The notes beneath the pieces were generated by a model. It was not told the DNA's origin, ran no database searches, and saw nothing but the letters and a program-made list of their open reading frames with translations. A stretch of DNA of 64,000 nucleotides from an uncultured Gemmatimonadales bacterium (GTDB lineage: Bacteria; Gemmatimonadota; Gemmatimonadetes; Longimicrobiales; Longimicrobiaceae), in assembly GCA_963716255.1 (NCBI GenBank), contig OY970303.1:2848001-2912000 (forward strand). Direction: 5' to 3'. A program made the position numbers and the translations under genes. This document shows positions 56,017 to 64,000 of this stretch, piece after piece. The first letter of the stretch is position 1; every line of letters begins with the position of its first letter.

Positions 56017-58659
56017 ATGGCCGAGATCCTCCAGCTCTTCCCCGCGCAGCGCGGGCTCGCCCCGGTCCGGGACCGGGCCGAAGACCGCGACGCCCCCGCC
56101 GCCGACCGCGTGGGCACGGTGCCGGCGCTGCGCGTCGTCCGCGGCGCGGCGGCGCGCGACCCGGAGCGCGCCCGCATGGTGCGCGAGCTGGAGGCGGCCG
56201 ACCCCGCGGGCGACGCCACGCTGGCGCGGCAGGCCGCGCTCGCGGCGCGGGTGCTGGACGCCCCCTTCGCACTGGTGTCGCTCGCGGACGGGGAGCGGCA
56301 CCTGCTGCTGTCCGGCGTGGGGCTGCCGGAGGCGTGGGCCGCCGCGCGGGAGTGGCCCGCGGAGTGGGGGATCTGCCCTCTGGCGGCGGAGGCGGGGGGC
56401 GAGCTGACGCTGGAGGACGTGCGGCGGCACCGGCGCGCGCGGGAAACGAGGGTGGCGCGGGAGCTGAGGGTGCTGGCGTACGCGGCCGTCCCCCTGCGCG
56501 CACCGTGCGGGACCGTGGTGGGATGCGTGTGCGTCATGGACGTCGTCCCGCGCCCCTGGGACGCCGAAGAGCTGGAGCTGCTGGAGGGGGTGGCCGCGGG
56601 GGTGGAGGCGGAGCTGGCGCGCCGCCTGGCCCTGGCGGAGCGGGGCCGCGCCGCCGAGGCGCTCGCGCAGCAGGAGGCACACCACCGCTCGCTGCTGGAG
56701 CACACCCTGGAGCTGATCCTGGTGGTGGACGCCGTCGGCAGGGTGCGCTCCGTGACCCCCTCCGCCGCGCGGGCGCTGGGCTTCGCGCCGGAGGAGCTGG
56801 TGGGGCGCAGCGCCCTCAGGCGGGTGCACCCGGACGACCGCCGCCACGTGGGCGCGACGCTCTACACGCAGGCCAGCGCGGGCGGGCGGCCCCTGGAATA
56901 CCGCGTGCGCCACCGCGACGGCTCGTGGCGGCTCTTCGAGGGGATCGGACGCGACCTGCGCCACGACCCCGCCGTGGCCGGCATCGTGGTCAACGCCCGC
57001 GACGTCACCGACCGGCGTCGCGTGGAGGAGGAGATCCTTCACCTGGCCGCCTTCCCCCGCAACAACCCCAACCCCATCCTGGAGTGCGGCCCCGAGGGGG
57101 CCCCGCTGTACGTGAACCCCGCCGCCGAGCGGCTGCTGCGCGAGCTGGGGTTCGCGGAGCCCGCGGCCTTTCTCCCGCCGGCGCACGCGGAGCTGGTGCG
57201 CGGCTGCCTGGAGCGCGGCGAGGGCGTGCGCGAGGTGGAGGTGCGGGTGGGGGCGCGCGTGCTGTCGTGGACGTACCAGCCCGACCTGCCGGTGGAGACC
57301 GTGCACCTGTTCGCGGAGGAGGTCACCGAGCGCAAGCGGGTGGAGGAGCGGCTGCTGCACGACGCGCTGCACGACGTCCTCACCGGGCTCCCCAACCGGC
57401 TGTTCTTCATGGAGCGGCTGGCGCAGGCCATGGCGCGCGCGAAGCGGCACTCCGAGCAGACCTTCGCCGTGCTGTTCATGGACCTGGACCGCTTCAAGCT
57501 GGTCAACGACTCGCTGGGGCACCCGGCCGGCGACGAGCTGCTGGGCGGCGTCGCGCGGAGACTGCTGGGGTGCCTGCGCCCCTCGGACACGGTGGCGCGC
57601 TTCGGCGGGGACGAGTTCGCGGTGCTGCTGGAGGACCTCAAGGGCCCGGCCGGAGCCACCCGCGTGGCCGAGCGCATCCAGGGCGCCGTGGCCACCCCGT
57701 TCTCGCTGGGCGGGCACGAGGTGTTCACCGGGGCCAGCATCGGCATCGCGCTTCCCTCGGGGCTGGAGGAGACGCCCGAGGAGCTGCTCCAGAACGCGGA
57801 CACCGCCATGTACCGCGCCAAGGCGTCGCGCGACTCGCGCTGCGAGGTGTTCGACTGGGGGATGCACGCCGAGCTGCTGGAGCGCCTGCAGACGGAGATG
57901 GGGCTGCGCCGCGCCGTGGACCGCGGCGAGTTCCGGCTCCACTACCAGCCCATCGTGTCGCTGCGTACCGGCCGCATCGCCGGCTTCGAGGCGCTGCTGC
58001 GCTGGGAGCACCCGGAGCGCGGCCTGGTGGCCCCCGCCGCCTTCATGGAGGTGGCCGAGGAGACCGGCCTGATCCTCCCCATGGGCCGCTGGGTGCTCGC
58101 GGAGGCCTGCCGCGCCCTGCGGGGGTGGCAGGCGGAGTTCCCCGGCGTCCCGCTCTCGGTGAGCGTCAACCTTTCCGTGCGCCAGCTGCGCCAGGAAGGG
58201 CTCGCCGACGAGGTGCGCGCCATCCTGGAGGAGACCGGCGTGGACGCGCGCTCGCTGAAGCTGGAGATCACCGAGAGCGTGATCATGGAAAAGGCGGAGG
58301 CCGCCACCGCCACGCTGGAAGCGCTGCGCGCCCTGGGCGTGCATCTCCACATGGACGATTTCGGCACCGGCTACTCGTCGCTCAGCTACCTGCACCGCCT
58401 GCCGCTGCACGCCCTCAAGGTGGACCGCTCCTTCGTGGGCCGCATGGACGCCGACTTCCGCACCGGGCAGCTGGTGCGCACCATCATCCCGCTGGCACAC
58501 ACGCTGGGCCTGGCCGTGGTCGCGGAGGGGGTGGAGACCGCCTCCGCCCTGGGGATCCTCCGTGGCCTGCGCTGCGAGTACGCCCAGGGCTACTACTTTT
58601 CCCTGCCGCTGGAAGCGGCGGGCGTGCACGCCCTGCTCGCCTCGGACCCGCGGTGGTAG
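56017..58659 (+). CDS. GAF-PAS-GGDEF-EAL protein
   Basis: GAF and PAS regions; FGGDEF; FEALLRW; DDFGTGYSSL. Confidence 0.92.
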   Translation: MAEILQLFPAQRGLAPVRDRAEDRDAPAADRVGTVPALRVVRGAAARDPERARMVRELEAADPAGDATLARQAALAARVLDAPFALVSLADGERHLLLSGVGLPEAWAAAREWPAEWGICPLAAEAGGELTLEDVRRHRRARETRVARELRVLAYAAVPLRAPCGTVVGCVCVMDVVPRPWDAEELELLEGVAAGVEAELARRLALAERGRAAEALAQQEAHHRSLLEHTLELILVVDAVGRVRSVTPSAARALGFAPEELVGRSALRRVHPDDRRHVGATLYTQASAGGRPLEYRVRHRDGSWRLFEGIGRDLRHDPAVAGIVVNARDVTDRRRVEEEILHLAAFPRNNPNPILECGPEGAPLYVNPAAERLLRELGFAEPAAFLPPAHAELVRGCLERGEGVREVEVRVGARVLSWTYQPDLPVETVHLFAEEVTERKRVEERLLHDALHDVLTGLPNRLFFMERLAQAMARAKRHSEQTFAVLFMDLDRFKLVNDSLGHPAGDELLGGVARRLLGCLRPSDTVARFGGDEFAVLLEDLKGPAGATRVAERIQGAVATPFSLGGHEVFTGASIGIALPSGLEETPEELLQNADTAMYRAKASRDSRCEVFDWGMHAELLERLQTEMGLRRAVDRGEFRLHYQPIVSLRTGRIAGFEALLRWEHPERGLVAPAAFMEVAEETGLILPMGRWVLAEACRALRGWQAEFPGVPLSVSVNLSVRQLRQEGLADEVRAILEETGVDARSLKLEITESVIMEKAEAATATLEALRALGVHLHMDDFGTGYSSLSYLHRLPLHALKVDRSFVGRMDADFRTGQLVRTIIPLAHTLGLAVVAEGVETASALGILRGLRCEYAQGYYFSLPLEAAGVHALLASDPRW

Positions 58660-58689
58660 CCGCCGCCGCCGGGACCCACGCCGGAGCCC

Positions 58690-58816
58690 GCGTGAGGGAT
58701 TTCGGCCCGCAGGGGCGAGACCCGGCGGCTGTTTGCCGGGGCTCGACTCCGTTACGCACAGTTTTATCGTGCGTTACGGAGCCGAAGCCCGACCCCGCGC
58801 CAGCGGGGGCACGCCC
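58690..58816 (+). repeat. Structured element, copy 8
   Basis: Family consensus with a GCA loop. Confidence 0.9.
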
Positions 58817-58986
58817 GAATCAGCCCCTCCCGCTTTTGAGTTCAAGCCGTACAAACTTGAACTTTCACGATCGGGAACGTATGCTGAGTGGACACGTATT
58901 CCCACCATGTCCGTAGACACCCGCCCCCCCACGTGAACGCCTTCCCGGAACCGGTGCTCAAGCTCCGCGCGCTTCCCGGCGCCCCC

Positions 58987-61014
58987 ATGGGCGGTCCCGA
59001 CGCGTCCCTCCCCGAGGGCGAGGGGCTGCTGAACACGCTGCTGGCCAGCGTGGGCGAGGGCGTGGTGGTGGTGGACCCCGGGCTGCGCTGCCGGGTGTGG
59101 AACCGCTTCATGGAGGAGCTCACCGGCGTCCCCCGGGCCGACGCGGTGGGGCGCCGGGTCCCGGAGCTCTTCCCGCAGCTGCGCCGCTTCGGCATCGAGG
59201 GCCTGATCGCGCGGGCGATGGAGGGAGAGACCGTGCGCTCGCCCGACATCCCCTTCCGGGTGCGCCGCACCGGACGCTCGGGGCTGGCGGCGGGCCGCTA
59301 CGCCCCCCTGCTGGCGCCGGACGGGGAGGTGCTGGGGGTGATGGCCACGGTGCGCGACGTCACCGAGCGGCGCCGGGTGGAGCAGGAGAACCAGCGCCTT
59401 GCCGCCTTTCCCCGCGAGACCCCCAACCCGGTGCTGGAGTGCGACGCCCGCGGGGCGATCGTGTACGCCAACCCCGCCGCGGAGCTGGTGGCGGCGGACG
59501 CGGAGGTCAACGTGGCGGGGCTCCTCCCCGCCGGGCACGCCCAGCTCGCCCGCGCGGCGCTGGAGACCGGCCGCGGCTTCCGCAGCGTGGAGGTGGCCGT
59601 GCGGGGGAGCATCCTCTCCTGGACCTACCACCCGCACCCGGCGCTGGGGGTGGTGCACCTGCTCGCGGAGGACATCACCGGGCGGCGCGGGGTGGAGGAG
59701 CAGCTGCGCCACGAGGCGCTGCACGACCCGCTCACCGGCCTCCCCAACCGCCACCTCTTCCTGGAGCACCTGGCCCGCGCGCTGCTGCGCGCACGCGAGC
59801 GGCCGGACTACCTGTTCGCGGTGCTCTTCCTGGACCTGGACCGCTTCAAGGTCATCAACGACTCGCTGGGGCACCACGTGGGCGACCGGCTGCTCTCGGT
59901 GGTGGCCGGGCGGTTGCGCGGCACCTTACGCGGGGGCGATACCGTGGCCCGCTTCGGGGGCGACGAGTTCGCGCTGCTGCTCGCCGACATCTCCGCGCCG
60001 GGCACGGCCGCCGAGGTGGCGGAGCGGATCCAGCGCGCCATCTCCGAGCCGGTGAACCTGGACGGCTACGAGGTGTTCACCTCGGCCAGCATCGGCATCG
60101 CGCTGTCGTCGTCGGACTACGGCCAGCCGGAGCACCTGCTCCGCAACGCGGACATGGCCATGTACCGCGCCAAGGCCGCGGGGACGGGGCGGCACGAGAC
60201 CTTCGACCGGGCCATGCACGCGCGCGCCCTGCTGCGCCTGCAGCAGGAGACGGAGCTGCGGCACGCGCTGGAGCGCGGCGAGATGCGCCTGCTGTACCAG
60301 CCCATCGTGGCGCTGGACACCGGGCGGGTGGAGGGGTTCGAGGCGCTGATCCGCTGGGAGCACCCGGAGCGCGGGATCGTTCCCGCCGGCGAGTTCGTGC
60401 CGCTGGCGGAGGAAACGGGGATGATCCTCCCCATTGGCCGCTGGGTGCTGGAGGAGGCGTGCCGCCGCCTGCGCGAGTGGCAGGACGACTTCCCCGCGGC
60501 CCGGCCGGCGGTGAGCGTCAACCTGTCGGTGCGCCAGTTCGAGCAGCCGGACCTGGTCGCGCAGGTGGAACGGGCGCTGCGCGACTCCGGCGCCGACCCC
60601 GCGGGGCTGCGGCTGGAGGTCACCGAGAGCGTGCTGGTGCAGAGCCCGGAGTCCACCGCCGCGACGCTCGCCCGCTTCCGCGAGATGGGGATCGGGGTGC
60701 ACATGGACGACTTCGGCACCGGCTACTCGTCGCTGGCGCTGCTTCACACGCTCCCGCTGGACGCCCTCAAGATCGACCGCTCGTTCGTGCGCCGCATCGG
60801 CGCGGAGGAGGAGGACGCCGCGCCGGTGGTGCGCACCATCGCGGCGCTGGCCGGTAGCCTGGGACTTGCAACGATCGCCGAGGGGGTGGAGACGCCGGAG
60901 CAGCTGCGCGCGGTGCGGGAGCTGGGGTGCGGCTCGGCGCAGGGGTACCTGTTCGCCCGCCCGGTCCCCGCCCCGGAGGCCCGCGCCCTGCTGGAAGCCG
61001 CCCCCCGCTGGTGA
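58987..61014 (+). CDS. PAS-GGDEF-EAL protein
   Basis: FGGDEF, FEALIRW, DDFGTG; start uncertain (58888-58987). Confidence 0.9.
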   Translation: MGGPDASLPEGEGLLNTLLASVGEGVVVVDPGLRCRVWNRFMEELTGVPRADAVGRRVPELFPQLRRFGIEGLIARAMEGETVRSPDIPFRVRRTGRSGLAAGRYAPLLAPDGEVLGVMATVRDVTERRRVEQENQRLAAFPRETPNPVLECDARGAIVYANPAAELVAADAEVNVAGLLPAGHAQLARAALETGRGFRSVEVAVRGSILSWTYHPHPALGVVHLLAEDITGRRGVEEQLRHEALHDPLTGLPNRHLFLEHLARALLRARERPDYLFAVLFLDLDRFKVINDSLGHHVGDRLLSVVAGRLRGTLRGGDTVARFGGDEFALLLADISAPGTAAEVAERIQRAISEPVNLDGYEVFTSASIGIALSSSDYGQPEHLLRNADMAMYRAKAAGTGRHETFDRAMHARALLRLQQETELRHALERGEMRLLYQPIVALDTGRVEGFEALIRWEHPERGIVPAGEFVPLAEETGMILPIGRWVLEEACRRLREWQDDFPAARPAVSVNLSVRQFEQPDLVAQVERALRDSGADPAGLRLEVTESVLVQSPESTAATLARFREMGIGVHMDDFGTGYSSLALLHTLPLDALKIDRSFVRRIGAEEEDAAPVVRTIAALAGSLGLATIAEGVETPEQLRAVRELGCGSAQGYLFARPVPAPEARALLEAAPRW

Positions 61015-61082
61015 CCGGGGGGCGCTCCGCCGCGTCCCCCTCCCGCTCGCGAACGCCGCACGTCCCCGCAACCGGCCGCGCC

Positions 61083-63626
61083 ATGCACCCGCTCCTGCGG
61101 CGCCTTTTCGAAGAGCACCTTGGCCAGGGCACCGCGCTCCCGCCGGGGTGGGGCGCCTTCATGGAAGCGGTGGACCACGCCCTGGGCGGCACCCTCGCCG
61201 CCGACGCGGAGCCCGCGGCCGGCGAGGCCACCTTCCGCGCCCTGGCGGAGACCATCTCCGCCGCCGTGTTCGTGTACCGGGGCACGCGCTACCGGTACGT
61301 CAACGCCGCCGCCACCGCGCTCACCGGCTACACCGCCGGCGAGCTGCTCGGCATGGACTTCTGGGAGCTGGTGCACCCCGACGACCGCGAGGTGGTGCGC
61401 GAGCGGGGGATGGCCCGCCAGCGGGGCGAGCCGGTCCCTTCCCGCTCCGAGTACCGCATCGTCACCCGCGGCGGCGAGGTGCGCTGGGTGGACTTCACCG
61501 CGGGCACCGTGCGCTACGGGGGGGAGCCGTCCGCGCTGGGCACCGCCTTCGACGTCACGGACCGCCGCCGGGCCACGGACGAGCTGCGCCGCCAGCTCCT
61601 CACCCTGGAGAACCTGTCCGACGCGGTGATCCAGACCGACGCCGGCGGGCGCGTCACCGGCTGGAACCCCGCCGCCGCGCGCCTCTACGGCTACGCAGCG
61701 GAGGAGGTGCTGGGGAAGCTGCCGGGCCCGTGGCTGCCTCCCGGGGACGCGGACACCGTGGTCCCGGAGATCCTGGCGGCGCTGGACCGCGAGGGGCGCT
61801 GGTCCGGGGAGATCCGCTTCGTGCGCCGGGACGGGAGCCGGGGGATCACCGAGACCACGGTGGTCCCGGTGCTGGACGAGCAGGGCCGCCGCACGGGCAC
61901 GCTGGGCGTGAACCGCGACGTCACCGAGCGCCGCCGCGCCGAGGCCGCGCTGCGGGCGAGCGAGGAGCGCTACCGCGCCCTGTTCGAGGAGTCGCGCGAC
62001 GCCATCTACATGACCGACGCGCGGGGCCGCTTCCGGGCGGTGAACCAGGCCGCGCTCGACCTGCTGGGCTACACGCGCGAGGAGCTGCTGGGGATGGAGC
62101 TGCGCGCCCTGTGCGCCGACCCCGGCACCTGCGAGATCCTGGACGCCGAGATCGAGCGCGCCGGCTTCGTGCGCGACCACGAGGTGCGGCTGCACCGCAG
62201 CGACGGCGGCGCGGTGGACTGCCTGCTCGCCGCCACCCGCCGCGCCGACGGCGGCGATGCCGTGCAGGGGATCCTGCACGACATCACCGAGCGCAAGCGC
62301 GCCGAGGAGCAGCTCGCCTACGGCGCCTTCCACGACCCGCTCACCGGCCTCCCCAACCGCGCCCTCTTCCTGGACCGCCTGGCGCAGGCCGTGGACCGCC
62401 TGCGCCGCCGCGGCGGCTCCGCCCTCGCCGTGCTCTTCCTGGACCTGGACCGCTTCAAGGTCATCAACGACTCGCTGGGCCACGGCACCGGCGACGAGCT
62501 GCTGCGCGCCCTGGGCGGCCGCCTGGCCGAGGCGCTGCGCCCCGGCGACACCGCCGCCCGCTTCGGCGGCGACGAGTTCACGGTGCTGCTGGACAACGTG
62601 GGCGACGCCGTGGCCGCCACCCACGTGGCGCAGCGCATCCTCGACTCCCTGGCGCGCCCCTTCCACCTCAGCCGCACCGAGGTGTACACCACCGCCAGCG
62701 CCGGCATCGCCCTGCACACCGGGGGCGCCGCCTCGCCGGAGGAGCTGCTGCGCGGCGCCGGCACCGCGCTGGGCCGGGCGAAGGCGCGCGGCCGGGCGCG
62801 CTGCGAGGTGTTCGACCGGGCCATGCACGCCGAGGCCATGGACCGCCTCCAGATGGAGATGGACCTGCGCCACGCCGCCGAGCGCGGCGAGCTGCGCCTG
62901 GTGTACCAGCCGGTGGTGTCGCTCCTGGAGGACGGCTCGGTCTGCGGCTTCGAGGCGCTGCTGCGCTGGAACCACCCCACCCTGGGGTGCGTGCTCCCGG
63001 AGCAGTTCATCCCCGTGGCGGAGGAGACCGGGCTCATCATCCCCATCGGCGAGTGGGTGCTGGGCGAGGCGTGCCGGCAGCTGCGCCGCTGGCGCGACCG
63101 CTTCCCCGGGCGGCCGGTCACGGTGGGCGTCAACCTTTCGCCGCGGCAGTTTTCCCGCCCGGAGCTGGTGGACCGGGTGCGCGAGATCCTGGAGGAGACG
63201 GGGGTGGAGCCCGGCGCGCTGCGGCTGGAGATCACCGAAAGCCTGCTGATCGAGCACACCGACCCCACCGCGGCGATGCTGGCGCGGCTCAAGGCCGCCG
63301 GCGTGGGGCTGTGCATGGACGACTTCGGGACCGGGTACTCGTCGCTCGGCTACCTGCACCGGTTCCCGCTGGACACGCTCAAGATCGACCGCTCGTTCGT
63401 GATGCGCGTGGGCGGCGGCGGGGGCGACGCCGAGCCCATCGTGCGGACCATCGCCGCGCTGGCCCACAACCTGGGGCTCAAGGTGGTCGCCGAGGGGGTG
63501 GAAACGGCGGAGCAGCTGGAGGAGCTGCGGGAGCTGCGCTGCGAGTACGCCCAGGGGTACCTGTTCTCGCGCCCCCTGGACGCCGCCGACGCGGACCGGC
63601 TGCTGGCGGACGACCCGCGCTGGTGA
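61083..63626 (+). CDS. PAS(x3)-GGDEF-EAL protein
   Basis: Three PAS regions; FGGDEF, FEALLRW, DDFGTG. Confidence 0.92.
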   Translation: MHPLLRRLFEEHLGQGTALPPGWGAFMEAVDHALGGTLAADAEPAAGEATFRALAETISAAVFVYRGTRYRYVNAAATALTGYTAGELLGMDFWELVHPDDREVVRERGMARQRGEPVPSRSEYRIVTRGGEVRWVDFTAGTVRYGGEPSALGTAFDVTDRRRATDELRRQLLTLENLSDAVIQTDAGGRVTGWNPAAARLYGYAAEEVLGKLPGPWLPPGDADTVVPEILAALDREGRWSGEIRFVRRDGSRGITETTVVPVLDEQGRRTGTLGVNRDVTERRRAEAALRASEERYRALFEESRDAIYMTDARGRFRAVNQAALDLLGYTREELLGMELRALCADPGTCEILDAEIERAGFVRDHEVRLHRSDGGAVDCLLAATRRADGGDAVQGILHDITERKRAEEQLAYGAFHDPLTGLPNRALFLDRLAQAVDRLRRRGGSALAVLFLDLDRFKVINDSLGHGTGDELLRALGGRLAEALRPGDTAARFGGDEFTVLLDNVGDAVAATHVAQRILDSLARPFHLSRTEVYTTASAGIALHTGGAASPEELLRGAGTALGRAKARGRARCEVFDRAMHAEAMDRLQMEMDLRHAAERGELRLVYQPVVSLLEDGSVCGFEALLRWNHPTLGCVLPEQFIPVAEETGLIIPIGEWVLGEACRQLRRWRDRFPGRPVTVGVNLSPRQFSRPELVDRVREILEETGVEPGALRLEITESLLIEHTDPTAAMLARLKAAGVGLCMDDFGTGYSSLGYLHRFPLDTLKIDRSFVMRVGGGGGDAEPIVRTIAALAHNLGLKVVAEGVETAEQLEELRELRCEYAQGYLFSRPLDAADADRLLADDPRW

Positions 63627-63644
63627 GGGGTGTTTCAGAGGCAT

Positions 63645-63780
63645 TTGGGCGTGGGGCCGCTCCGGAACCAGGCCAAACTGCCGGCCTGTTTCCTACGCGG
63701 GCTCCGCGAACCCCACGAAACTGCCGTGGGGTTCGCTCCGCCGGAGTGAGCCGGCCGAAACTGCCCGGCCGTCTCCCTCC
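63645..63780. repeat. Three hairpins sharing an AAACTGC(C) loop
   Basis: AGGCC/GGCCT, GCGAACCCCACG/CGTGGGGTTCGC and GGCCG/CGGCC stems. Confidence 0.7.
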
Positions 63781-63840
63781 GTATAGGATCGGGTGGGTAC
63801 TGCGGAACTGCAAAAAAACCCTGACCTTCTCCGACTCCCC

Positions 63841-64000
63841 ATGTCCATCCTCGGCTTCCTCTTCGCGCGCGATCCCACGCGCGGCTGGCCCGAGTACGAG
63901 CTGGTCCCCCTCGTCTACGACCTCGCCCGCGGGGAGCTGAACGCGATCCCCGCGGGGGCGCCCCTCGACCGGCTGCGCTCGCTCGGGCGGCCGGCCAACG
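63841..64000 (+). CDS. Hypothetical protein, 5' part only
   Basis: ATG-initiated frame with GC-rich third positions (MSILGFLFARDP...), open to the window end. Confidence 0.5.
   Translation, partial: MSILGFLFARDPTRGWPEYELVPLVYDLARGELNAIPAGAPLDRLRSLGRPAN

Noticed and set aside
24235..63940. Many long overlapping R/G/P/A-rich ORFs in alternative frames (e.g. 25442-28288, 28010-30943, 50847-53777, 60866-63940)
   Set aside because: Shadow ORFs caused by stop-codon scarcity at very high GC; they overlap well-supported genes.

Overview
Very GC-rich bacterial DNA. Gene content and style suggest Gemmatimonadota (Longimicrobium-like); this is an inference, not a database result. The window has two parts. 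(1) About 1-23.3 kb is the right part of a visibly lower-GC accessory island, which ends by truncating an M14 zinc-peptidase gene at about 23337. It carries a RecD-like helicase end, a tyrosine recombinase, a Tn21-type resolvase with its res site, a LexA copy and many defence-type single genes (two HEPN, TIR, two HNH, FRG, several PD-(D/E)XK). Several of these genes are separated by integron attC-like sites, but no integron integrase is in the window. The island also has a five-fold CCHC zinc-knuckle protein and an HTH + TPR-protein + secreted repeated-peptide (GSGFGSGH x2) trio that looks like an RRNPP-type peptide signalling module. (2) About 23.3-64 kb is backbone: Rieske oxygenase, APC permease, a cyanophycin operon (cphA, a stand-alone CphA N-domain protein, cphB), two tandem six-cysteine secreted peptides, ppx, two TA pairs, amidase, AAA ATPase, cbiA, an HD + Hsp90-like protein, sulfatase, a DASS transporter and three tandem GGDEF-EAL genes. 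Eight copies of a ~130-bp covarying, multi-hairpin intergenic element punctuate the backbone. No rRNA, tRNA or CRISPR array was seen.
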